A DNA stretch of 62,881 nucleotides, the filler included, from Licmophora abbreviata (taxonomy: Eukaryota): NCBI GenBank assembly GCA_900291995.1. It is 11 parts of 11 records of this genome, joined end to end, with 100 filler letters (N's around TTAATTAATTAA, not from the genome) between each part and the next. Parts side by side here need not be neighbours in the genome. Positions count along the whole stretch, not along the records: positions 1 to 8,594 come from OLMU01000478.1; positions 8,695 to 15,459 come from OLMU01000479.1; 9 more parts are not named here. One strand, 5' to 3'. Below the pieces are notes generated by a model. The model saw only the letters and a list, made by a program, of their open reading frames with translations, had not been told where the DNA came from and did not search any database. The number at the start of each line of letters is the position of its first letter. Positions within the stretch are counted from its first letter, which is position 1. Of the stretch, positions 1 to 10,708 are shown one piece after another. The position numbers were made by a program, and so were the translations under genes.

Positions 1-349
1 AATGTCTTGATCCATAAATTCTCAGTGCCGGTATGACATGATGCCGAATACACGGGTACACGACTGACTGACTCGACTCTCACGAAAACGCGCTCATCAC
101 CCATTGACGCCTTGGATCAAAACAAGCATTGCAAAATCAATGCAGAAAAGCAACAGCATGCACGTTCGCCCGTCTCGGCCGTATCGCTCGATCATGCCCG
201 GACGATTCGCACAAAAGATCGACCCTCCATCGGCCAGTTGATGAGTGCAAGACCACCATAGTTGACGAGAAAAAATAGAATGAAGGAGGACTCATCATGA
301 GCAAGAAAGCCGCTCGTCAGGACTACTAGAAGGCCTGCGTTGACAAGCA

Positions 350-1956
350 ATGTCGTCGCCATTACAGGAGCATGAAGAAGAACCGTTGCGGACAATAGAA
401 ACTACCACTGTCGTGAACGAGGAAACATCCTCTTCTGAAGCTGATGCCGTCGACTGCTCTTGGGTCACCTTCTTCAAAACGTTCATCACGTCGAAGGGAG
501 CTCCTCAGATCATAGCTATCGGCCTTCTCTCATCTCTAGGAATTGGCGCTACAATTGGCGTGGTTCCAAGTGTCGTCTCCGATCGGTATGCCAGAACACG
601 TTACGGATACGGTGGAAGAGATTGCTCACTTTTCGATCGTGCTGAGAAACCTGATGCGTGTCAGCTGGGAGCAGATGCGGCGCAGTCATCGGCTGCAATC
701 GCCAGCTTGGTTATGAATCTATTGACGCTCTGCTCAAACTCCACTGTGGGAAGTATAAGCGATTGTCGTGGACGGAAAGGTGAGACAGCTGTTTGTTCCA
801 CTCTATTCTATATCATATCTTTCGTCTTACCCAACATTCTTCTTGATCTTTAGGAATCATGGTTCTTTCTACCTTTCTTTCGACGCTATCACTGTTCGTA
901 CTGGTCCTCATGCAGCTGTCACCTTCGATTGACCCAGTGTGGTACTACGTAGCTTACGCTCCGATTGGACTTGTGAATGGAATGTCAATTGTCTTTGCCA
1001 TGCTGTCCGACTTGATGCCGCCAAAGTACCGGGCCCATAGCTTCGGCCTCTATCTAGCCGCATTCTACGTCGGAATCTCGTTTGGCCCGTCGTTCGCTCG
1101 GGTGTTGGACCACTTCTGGGTTTCTTTGCTGTCGCTCTCGCTACTTGTTCTTGCCTTTCTTACTGCAATTTTCGCCCTTCCCGAAACTCTCCCAAAGCAT
1201 ATCGCCGACCGTAACTTAGAGGCCCGGAGGGCCGGCGACACTTACCATGACGAGCACGCATTGGCTTACACCGCTCTACGGCCCTTGCGCGAAGCGGCTA
1301 TTTTGAATCGCGACTCGTTCTTGCGCTTGCTGACCGTGGGCGCCTTCTTTAGCGGAATAGTGTACTCGACCGACGCCAGTTTAGTGCTGTACTACATCGA
1401 GGACCAGCTGGACGTTCGCGACGATGACCTCGCGACGATGCTCCTGGTGATGGGACTAATTGGAGTCGCATTTCAGGGCTACTTGTTGAAGTTCTTAATT
1501 TCATGCATGGGAGAGAAAGGTCTCTTGGTGGCGTCCTTTGCCAGTGGCACCCTTCACAACTTGCTTTACGGCCTCGCCAAAACTAAGGGTACAATCTATA
1601 TCGCATTGGGCTTGTCGCAGTTCACCAAGACGAACTTTCCTCTCATACCATCAATGGCTTCAAAGATGGTTAACGAAAGTGAGCAGGGACGAATACAAGG
1701 AGCATTGTTTGCTGTCTCTGCCCTTGCGAACGCAATCGGTCCCGTATCTCTAGAATGGGTTTATAGTAGAACCAAGGATGGTGCCATGCTCGGACCTGGA
1801 ACGATGTTCGTTGTGGGAGCGGCTCTCTATGGGATTGGAACGTTAGTAGTTTGCCTCGTGCCGTCGAAAGTCGAGATGACAGACGTGCCCGTCGATGATA
1901 CTGAGCGAGACATGGAGGAGCCGCTACTGAGTAATCGGTCACTGGATAGTACCTGA
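350..1956 (+). CDS. MFS transporter (MFSD14/HIAT1, TetA-like), 2 exons
   Basis: ORFs 350..853 and 859..1956 join in frame through GT-AG intron 780..853. Contains MFS motif A-like GSISDCRGRK, many hydrophobic helices and EQGRIQGA. Confidence 0.88.
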
Positions 1957-2795
1957 GTGCACTAGTTCGGAAAGCAGCAGATGGCACTCCGAAAATATCT
2001 GCAGTGGTAGCTGGAACCTACGATTTCCCAGGAGGTGTTTTGTTGTACTCCGTTAATGAAACCAATCGTGAAGATGTCATGTTCCATGGTATTCCTGCCT
2101 CCTGTATTCGCTTCCGTTCTGGTGATAGTGATCCCAAGGTGTCTTCAACTTCACCCAGAGCTTCCGAACCGACAAGCAAGACGACGGAACGAAACGCGGC
2201 GACGAAGCGACAAGGTCCAGAAGATAAGTCCAAACAAGCGACGCAAGACAGCTCGAGAGGCCGACAATGATCTGCACACTCGCCCAGAGGATGGATCGAA
2301 ACTGCCTAAAATGCGAAGTGTCTATTGTTTCATGTTGAACGATGGGAAGCACCGTGTGCTATAGTCTTGTGATAGTTTTTCTTATTGACACGCAAGCCTA
2401 TACCTGTGGTAGACCGACGAAATTATGGATTATCATTCTAGCGTTACTAAATGATGGCAAGTTCGTCTCGAAGAAGTACTGACTTCGATTTCATGAAAAC
2501 GTATGGATTGGGGACGCAAGTAGGTCTAGTCGTAGATCTTATGGTTGAGGCGCGCTCGTCTTTGCGCCGCGCTCCCAACGCGAACTGAACCGCGCCGATC
2601 GCCGAAGGTCCAGCAGCATCCTCCTCATAACACCTCATGGCTCCTGGGCTTCCGACAATTCATTCATTTCGTGGTCATTGACATGAGATAATGCCAGTCC
2701 ATGCGCTACCCACATCAGTTGTTAGCCAACCAAAACGATGTTGATATAGAGTCGGACGGCAACACAGTTGACCCCGCGAGACTGTCATCGTCGTC

Positions 2796-4500
2796 ATGTC
2801 ACTCGCATCATCATGGCGACACCGAGAAGAAGCGTCGTCCCTACGAGTTGAGGACAATGAGGACCTAGCGACGGGGCTTGAAGTGCCGTCTGTTTCTGGG
2901 AGCGACGATGCCGATTTTGTTTCGCCTGATGTCCACCCTTGGATTGCCTTTTTCATAATATTCTTCGCGACAAAAGGAGCCCCCCAAATGCTGGCAATTG
3001 GTATTCTCTTGGCTGTCGGGTTCTCTGTGACAGTCGGAGTAGTTCCCGGTGTCATCTCGGACCGGTATGCACGATTACATTACGAATACGACGGAGTCGA
3101 CTGCTCAGAGTACGCTCGTGTGGATAAGCCAGATGCTTGTCAGTTGGGAGCGGACAAGGCTCAATCCTCTGCAGCACTCGCAGTGCTAGCCATGAACCTT
3201 CTGGCGCTCGGCGCAAACTCCACCGTAGGAAGTATAAGCGACGGAAGAGGCAGAAAAAGTAAGTTGCTTGATTCGGCATCGGGTGATTCTATACTCGTAT
3301 ATTGCTTGACGCCAGTCCGCCTGATACGAGCACCGTCGTCGCTCTTGAACAGGAATTATGGTTCTATGTATGTTCCTTTGGACACTGGCTCCTTTCGTTC
3401 TGGTTATTTTGCAATTACATCCTTCCATGGACCCTATTTGGTATTTTGTCGCGTATGCTCCCATCGGTATTGTGAATTTCATGTCCATTGTGTTTGCGAT
3501 CCTGTCAGATCTGATGCCGTCCAACTACCGTGCCCCAAGCTTCGGACTGTTCCTTGGCTCGTACTATTTTGGAGCTTCGATCGGTCCTTCATTTGCTCGA
3601 TTGCTTGATGACCATTTCCGGGCTTCCGTACTGTCGCTGCTACTTTTTAGCGCGGGCGCGGTGTTTACAGTCTTGGCACTACCAGAGACACTGCCAAAGA
3701 CGATCGCCGATCGCAACTTGGCGGCACACAAAGCCGAAGCTATGGACCACGGGCGTCATCCTTTGGTGTACACCTTGTTACGTCCCTTTAGAGAAACTTT
3801 GATATTGAATCGCGATTCCTTCTTACGACTTTTGACCACGGGGGCGTTCTTCAGTGGCATGGTATACTCGTCTGACGCCAGCTTGGTCCACTATTACATT
3901 GCCGACCAGCTGGATTTTCGCGATCGTGACTTTGCGTGGAGCTACCTCTTGGGAGGCCTTCTTGGGGCGGTTATACAGGGCGGTCTACTGCAAATACTAA
4001 TTGCCTGGCTTGGCGACAAAGGGCTGCTTGTGGCATCCTTCGCCTGTGGAACGCTGCATAACTTTCTCTACGGCGTTGCTAAGAACAAGGGCACGATTTA
4101 TGTCGCAATTTGTCTATCGCAGTTTACCAAGACAAATTTCCCGGTCACCTCATCACTGGCTTCTACCCGTGTCAACGCTGATGAGCAGGGGCGAATACAA
4201 GGTGCCTTGTTTTCGGTCTCTGCTCTTGCGGACGCTGTTGGCCCCGTGTTGCTTCAACAGATTTACAAACGAACCAAGGATGGTTCCTTGCTGGGCCCCG
4301 GAACCATGTTTGTTTTCGCTGCTATTCTTTACGCAATTGGAACTGTGATTGTCTCCTGTATCCCCATCCAAGCAGAGACAGAATACTTTGTCCCTGCGGA
4401 CGTGGAACCTGACGAGACGCCAGCCGTCGGAGGTGGCTCACGAGTGGACGGCACCGGAAACGACAACGAGGAATTCATCCAAATGGGTAGTTTGACATAG
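2796..4500 (+). CDS. MFS transporter, tandem paralog of 350..1956, 2 exons
   Basis: Intron 3259..3352 lies at the same phase-1 position after GRGRK. Shares long blocks with the upstream gene (KPDACQLGAD, ILNRDSFLRLLT, EQGRIQGALF). Confidence 0.88.
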
Positions 4501-4516
4501 TGCAGTATTAAAGTGT

Positions 4517-5383
4517 TTACGCTAGGACCAAATTAGCTACTTCTGCAACGTCCTTCCCGCCGACAATGCCTTTTTCGACGATGCGCGTGGAGATCTCCGC
4601 CAGCTCGCTCGGAGTCAATGCAACAAACTCTCCGCGGCTCATGTCGACCAAGCCGGTCAGTCGTCGGGAGTCCACGAGATCTCTGATGCGTCTCCCGACT
4701 TGTCCTGTAGATATGCGAAAGCGATCGGCTAGCTGGTCCAGCCCCACAGTTCTTTGCTCGCGGGCCAGCTCCTGGAACTCAACGACAGACATGACGTCGG
4801 TACCATCCTCGAGAAAGGTCGTCCACCGGCGAAAGTCTTCGTCTCTACGAGCTCGTGTTTCTTGCACTCGTCGCATGATCTCTTCTTCCCGTCGACCCTC
4901 TTCTTCTTTTTGACGTTCTTCCTTTTCTCGCTGTGCTACTCCCAATGCTTCGCGTTGCAGAGCACGTCTCTTGTCTTCGAATAGTCTACGCTCTTCCCGT
5001 TCGGAGGCCTTGGCACGCCTTTGCCGCTCCTTTCGAGATAGAGGTTGCCCATCAGCGTCGGCTGGGATTTGACCTTCACCCTCGTCATTTTGTTGCCGTG
5101 TCGGTGCTATTCGACGTTGTCGTTTCATGATGTTCTTGGCGCGGGCTCGTCGTTGTGCTCGATTCAGTGTCGTGACATCGGCTCGGTCCAGTCTCTCGTC
5201 GTAATCCATCTTTTCAGCCTCCTCTCTCTCAACTTCCTCCTTCGATTTGACTCTTAGTACTATCACTCCGTAGACCGTCGTTGCAAGCATACAAAATCCA
5301 AGAAGCGACACAACCAAGAGCGCTGCATCTGAGAAGCCAACGCCAATGTTGGGCGACGTTCCGAACGGCCCGTCTGAATTCAT
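4517..5383 (-). CDS. DDRGK1: DDRGK domain-containing protein (UFBP1-like UFMylation adaptor)
   Basis: N-terminal TM anchor, charged E/R/K coiled coil, and a C-terminal winged-helix-like region (LDQLADRFRI...LTGLVDMSRGEFVALT). ATG at 5383 assumed. Confidence 0.7.
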   Translation of the reverse strand: MNSDGPFGTSPNIGVGFSDAALLVVSLLGFCMLATTVYGVIVLRVKSKEEVEREEAEKMDYDERLDRADVTTLNRAQRRARAKNIMKRQRRIAPTRQQNDEGEGQIPADADGQPLSRKERQRRAKASEREERRLFEDKRRALQREALGVAQREKEERQKEEEGRREEEIMRRVQETRARRDEDFRRWTTFLEDGTDVMSVVEFQELAREQRTVGLDQLADRFRISTGQVGRRIRDLVDSRRLTGLVDMSRGEFVALTPSELAEISTRIVEKGIVGGKDVAEVANLVLA

Positions 5384-5864
5384 TTTCGAGCTTCTCAATC
5401 AGCGTTTTCTACGTTCGAGTGATTGAAGGACACTCTGTATCTATGAAGTGAGTAACAAGTGCAACCAATGACTTCAGAGCTGAGTGGGGCGCGGCACCTG
5501 ACACCGCGGCGTCACTTGAATGCCATCGCCTTGATCAAGATGAGCGTGATCCTCTCGCGCTGTGATGGGGACGCTTTGCGTCTTGCAGAATGTCGCATAC
5601 GACATCCAAGACACCCTGATCTTTGCAATCTTCGTCTTCCCATCGCTCATCGTTCAGAAGAAACAGGCAAAAAGAAGAGACGTGTGAGACAAGGAGGATG
5701 AATCTGGCCTGTTATCGCGGCAGCAAGTCTATGATATGAATACGTTGTGCAATGCCGTATGCTCTATAGTTTTGTTATTGGATATTCCTCGGTGCTTGTT
5801 GGTGCGCCCATCATCTTGCTTGCTACTGCCGGACCGCCGACTAGAACACCATGGTTGACCTCAC

Positions 5865-7212
5865 CTAAAAGTATCCGTAGATTGCTAAACGTCACAACAA
5901 GAAAGGGTAAGTGCCAGCGATCGAAGTGAGTTGGCCATACAAAACCCGCGAATTGACTCACCGAGAATAAATGTCTCGTACGCCAACGACATGAGATGCC
6001 ACCGAAGATCCAAGCTCGCCGAGTTGGCAGCGGGGGCAAACAGACGAAACAAAAAGACCACCAATGCGTCTCCCAGAGCCTGAGCTCTCCAAATCATTTT
6101 GCACTTGACTTGACCACTACCGTCGCTGCCGAAGCGAATGAAAAAGGCAGTCACAAACTTGTACATGCATAAAATGAGAAGGTGCAACGCAAGAAGCTGC
6201 GACAGGAATTTCTGCGCAACGTAGAGCGGCGACTCCATACCATGCGCAGCCGCTTCCTCGGTTCCTTCAGGCGGTGAGTGAAGCAAGGCTCCTGTCCATT
6301 CGAGATAGATATCATCACGAGGAATAAAGTCAAGAATCTCCCCAGAGAAAAAGAGATCACGAGCGGAAATCAACGCAACTAAACCCGAAACAATCGCAAC
6401 CGTATTTCGGACTATGTTGCTGGTAGCTGACGACGGCGTCTTGCCTTCTGGCATGGCTATAGCAGGCCCCTTCTTTCCAGAGCGCACTGTCAAGGTGTAA
6501 AACAGCATTACAAGAGCTTCCAGCACGAGCACGACAATGATCACAATAGGGAGTCCGTCGGCGCCAGCAGCGGCGAAGTCCTCAAGATAGAGTCCATAGA
6601 ACGCTGCGATTGCCAGATTTCCAAGTACAGCAGTTCTTAGCAGAGGATTGAAATGCCCTGCCGTCCACTGCGCACCCATGGGATGAAACAAGAGCGGAAG
6701 TAGCTTTTGGGTGTGCACTGCGGCAACAGCGGCACCGCCGACCTTTCGCACAAAGAGACCGCCCATGTTGTTGGCGTCTGTCGTAACATGTTGGATTGAG
6801 CTTAGACCTCCTTGAGTCGACTTCCAGCCCTTCTCGTCATTAAAAAATGCCAAGGACTTGGTGAAAAGCTATGTAAGAGAAAGGAAGCAAGGCATGTAAG
6901 AATCAAGTCTTGTGAAGGCTCATAAGATGGCACAGCTTCCTGCCGCACCTGCATACTGTAGTCTACTTCACCGGCAATGACACGTCCTGTCGCAAGAACA
7001 TCCCGCATGGCCAGAACCCACAAGGCGCCAGAGCACGCCATGACCAAAAAGACTAGCGGGAGCGGAGGGAGATGCTCGGCGATGAGTTGTGCCTTCTCGG
7101 TCTTTTTCGTCTCCTCCGACGCTGCATGGGCATCTTTCCTGGCTACTGGGTCATTCCTTGATGCCTCGCTGGACTTGACGGTCGATTCTTTCTTCTGTCG
7201 TCGAGCTGCCAT
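5865..7212 (-). CDS. Multi-pass membrane protein of unknown function, 3 exons
   Basis: ORFs 6802..7212 and 5885..6853 joined by intron 6869..6948. Intron 5885..5961 gives the C-terminus ETFILAIYGYF*. Many hydrophobic segments. Confidence 0.7.
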
Positions 7213-7695
7213 CGTTCCGCCTCTTCATCACAGCAACGGGTCTCGCGGCCGTCATTGTTTTGTGGCCTCATCACAAAAATAAATGACGACAGCGATCAAC
7301 ATAACCCGGCTATTTGGTAATCTTCTTGACGTAACAATCTACGTTGAACGGCGTACCACGGCCCCGCGCGGCGGCGTTCGCATAAAAATGTCAAAGGTCG
7401 ACGAGAGAGCCGCCCGCGGGTTGCGGATGGGCAGAGCTACAGCGTCTTTATGAAGCCAATACCGGTAAGGGAAACGACCTATGATAGTTCGAAGGCGTTA
7501 GCTGCTCATACAGGTAAGCAACACCAGCCTGAGTTTAACCTCTGCCACGCAACTTTGGCGCGATCGGTAACCAATCCAGAGTCTAACTAAAAGATGATCA
7601 TGAAGGGCGTCGCATCGGATCTCCGACGCCAAGCCATTGTAAATGCAACAGGTGTCAAATCGACTATAAACGCGACCACCTCTCTACCCTCTTAC

Positions 7696-8928
7696 TTAGT
7701 CGTCTCCTAGTCGCTGACCTCCACCTCCCCAGTTGTATCCTCCACCGCCGCGTGCCGGCGGCTGGGCTGCTCTCTCGTTCGGACGACGGCCCATCTGTGC
7801 AGGAGCCGCCGCCGGTACTGCTGGTGTCGCCGTGTACTCTCCAACTCCAAATTGATCAATTAAGAACTGGGGTGTTTGAACGACGTCACGTCCATACACT
7901 TGCGGCACGACATCCACCAGAAAGTAGTAAACGTGACCAATTGCCATACCATGACACAAATCGTAAATTTTGCCTCCCATGAACACAGTAATGGCCGCGT
8001 ACGCAAACGGCAAGTACATGTCCTGTACGGGAATACCCCAGATATTGGCTTGTGCATTTGGGTGACGTTTGGACCACAGATACAGCACAAAGTAAATCAA
8101 GTTCTTGGTAAAGATCGTCGACAGCGGAATGACCGTCTTGACGAACGGGTACGTTACAAGCATCGTGACCGCACCAAACAACATGGAAAACGCGTAATCC
8201 GCCGTTCCACCACCCGCTCCTGTATTGAATGGACCACCTGCGATGATCCAAAGAGAAACACCGAAAAGTGAGCCTCTATCCTATGATCTTCGCTCCTTCA
8301 AAGTACTTGTCGTCGTCGCCGACACACATACCTTGCTCGTATCTTTGCGAAAAGGTAAATAGCAGATAAAGTGTAATCATGGTGGGAAATTCAAAAGGGC
8401 CCGCGTAGCAGAAGCAAGTAAGTACCCGCCACACTTCAAAGTCATTCTTGATTGCCCGGAAATCAAAGAGAAACTTCCATGGATTGACAATGCCGAAATT
8501 TCCACCAAGCGTGACAAGCAAGGCCAATCCAAACCAGTATCGAGTAATCACGGGAAGACTCTTGAACCATTGCTGCGATACAAGGGGAGAGCGANNNNNN
8601 NNNNNNNNNNNNNNNNNNNNNNNNNNNNNNNNNNNNNNTTAATTAATTAANNNNNNNNNNNNNNNNNNNNNNNNNNNNNNNNNNNNNNNNNNNNCATTGC
8701 TGCGATACAAGGGGAGAGCGAATACGATGTACAGGCAGGAGAAGTAGGTGAAAAAAAGAGAAAAACGAGAGGTAAGATACATTCGAACATACTATGCCAG
8801 CGAGATTGAGACGTGCACCCGCACGATCTACATGCATGACGCCAAAGTTCCTCGTCTTGCGATCCAATCATCTGCCGCCTTTCGCTTACATCGGGCCCCG
8901 CTGCATCGTTAACTTGTGCTGCCACCAT
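7696..8928 (-). CDS. DER1: Derlin (Der1-like ERAD membrane protein), host type
   Basis: QWFKSLPVITRYWF, EVWRVLTCFCYAG, YLPFAY, GHVYYFLVDVVP and a C-terminal SHP-like WGGGGQRLG. First exon 8928..8890; the first intron spans an assembly gap. No N-terminal signal peptide. Confidence 0.9.
8595..8694. other. Assembly spacer N44-TTAATTAATTAA-N44
   Basis: 100-nt artificial gap containing a six-frame stop linker. Confidence 0.97.
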
Positions 8929-9329
8929 GATGAAGCAATGTGTCTGTAAAACAAAAATAGAGCGCTATACGCTTGTGGTCATTCTGCCGTCGTCGATTGT
9001 CATCGCGCGGCATCAAACCTCGTCATCGCGGACGATTTCTGATAGTGTGTTGGTCGACCCCTTCGACTACATATTCACGACGAATACGAGTGTTATCATT
9101 CGTACGACTGACACATCATCTCCCAAACACATCATCGCGTTTCAAACATCGATTTTCACTCACTCACTCATGCGCTCGAAGACGATGATCGCCGCTGTTC
9201 GTCGGAGCCAAGTGTCACGCGGCAATTTCTGAGTGGTCTACAAAGTGTGCGGATATTGTCTCTGTATCGTGGTGAAGTGCTTAGTAGATCGGAAGAAGAA
9301 GCTTTTCTAGATTGAAATTTCACCGGACC

Positions 9330-10637
9330 ATGCGATCCGCCTCTGTTTTGCAACTCGTGGAAGTAGCCTTCTACGTGACATGCTTCTTTGTACGATCCAG
9401 CGCCTTTCCTGTGGGTCTCAGCGTTACTAGGGCCTCTCACAGTCGAACCAGTACGGCTCGCTTAATGGTCGGCAGCGGAGACAATCCATTGGCTAATGGG
9501 GAGCTCACTTCGGCTCTGGCGCGTCTCGATCGACAATGGAAGATTCAACAACGCACAAAAGGAGGACAGAGTCGATGGACCAAGCTTGTTCTCCCCAAAG
9601 AGGACCAAGAGGACACGGGCGATCTGGGCGATGATGTGATTGAGAAAGAGCCATTTGCAGACACTCCCTTCGCAACTGAAGAAGACTTTGTCTACCTCTT
9701 GGAACCGAAAACCAGCATTCCATCCAGCCTCATTGTCTTTGTTGGCGGCGCAGGACTCGGGCAGTTTCCTCATATCGCATATTCAGAATTCCTGATGCGT
9801 GTTTCTGATAAGCTCAATGCAGCCGTTTTAGCTGCGCCGTACCAAGTTGGACTGAATCACTTTGATATTGCGAAGGCGACGGGAGAACGATTGCGCAAAG
9901 CCTTGATTCACTGCGAGGATGATCCGACTCGACAGTACCCCTCCACTCTACCAACCTACTGTCTCGCACACAGTCTAGGTGCCAAGCTCCTCACTATTTA
10001 CATGGCTGCCACGGGACAAGAATATGATGGCGTCGGCTATCTGAGCTACAACAACTTTTCGTTTACCAACACGGTCGCAATGGCGCGAACGTTTGCGCAG
10101 CAAATGCGTGGAAGTATTGGAGTCGGGCGGTCTATGGGCAGTAGCGACGCCCTCAACGGTATTTTTGACTTGGCCGAGTCGGCGATTGGAGCCTTGGGGT
10201 TTGACTTCTCGCCCGCAGCTTCTGACATGAATCGATTGATTGAGCTCAAGTATACGCCAGACCTACAACGCAAGACGAGACTCTTTGTTTTCGACGAGGA
10301 CACGTTGGATAGCAGCCAGAGCTTTCTTGAGAGCTGCGGCCGCAATGAAAACAAGTTGTCGGTTTCAGGTTTGCCGGGAACCCATCTGACACCCGTATAC
10401 TTCAAATTTGGCTTGGACAATGTTCCTGAGGAAGCGAGATCAATGGCTGCGGACGCCATGGGTGGCGTTGAAAGCGCGTCTTTTGGAAACGGGGATGAGC
10501 TGGATTCACTGGTACAAGAGGTTTGTGGCTGGATTCTTGGGAAGGAACCATCGCGGGGCCCAAAGTGGGGCGAAGAAGCAGCAGCAACGGAAACCGACTT
10601 TCGTCTATCCGCTGGCGAAGCTACCGATTCCCGATGA
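9330..10637 (+). CDS. DUF1350-like alpha/beta hydrolase, probably plastid-targeted
   Basis: FVGGAGLGQFPHIAY, nucleophile elbow AHSLG and GTHLTP. N-terminal hydrophobic stretch followed by SSA-FP. Confidence 0.75.
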   Translation: MRSASVLQLVEVAFYVTCFFVRSSAFPVGLSVTRASHSRTSTARLMVGSGDNPLANGELTSALARLDRQWKIQQRTKGGQSRWTKLVLPKEDQEDTGDLGDDVIEKEPFADTPFATEEDFVYLLEPKTSIPSSLIVFVGGAGLGQFPHIAYSEFLMRVSDKLNAAVLAAPYQVGLNHFDIAKATGERLRKALIHCEDDPTRQYPSTLPTYCLAHSLGAKLLTIYMAATGQEYDGVGYLSYNNFSFTNTVAMARTFAQQMRGSIGVGRSMGSSDALNGIFDLAESAIGALGFDFSPAASDMNRLIELKYTPDLQRKTRLFVFDEDTLDSSQSFLESCGRNENKLSVSGLPGTHLTPVYFKFGLDNVPEEARSMAADAMGGVESASFGNGDELDSLVQEVCGWILGKEPSRGPKWGEEAAATETDFRLSAGEATDSR

Positions 10638-10708
10638 TGAGATCTTCAGTCATGTACTATCATATGGAGCTTCACCTGTATTATAATGAGTGATTCAGTC
10701 GTCACGTT

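Noticed and set aside
8639..8650. Recurrent TTAATTAATTAA palindrome, ten copies
   Set aside because: Always centred in N44 blocks; an artificial six-frame-stop scaffold linker, not a biological repeat or CRISPR.
7696..8928. Derlin as a SELMA (periplastid) component
   Set aside because: No bipartite targeting peptide, and it retains the C-terminal SHP-like box typical of host ERAD derlins.
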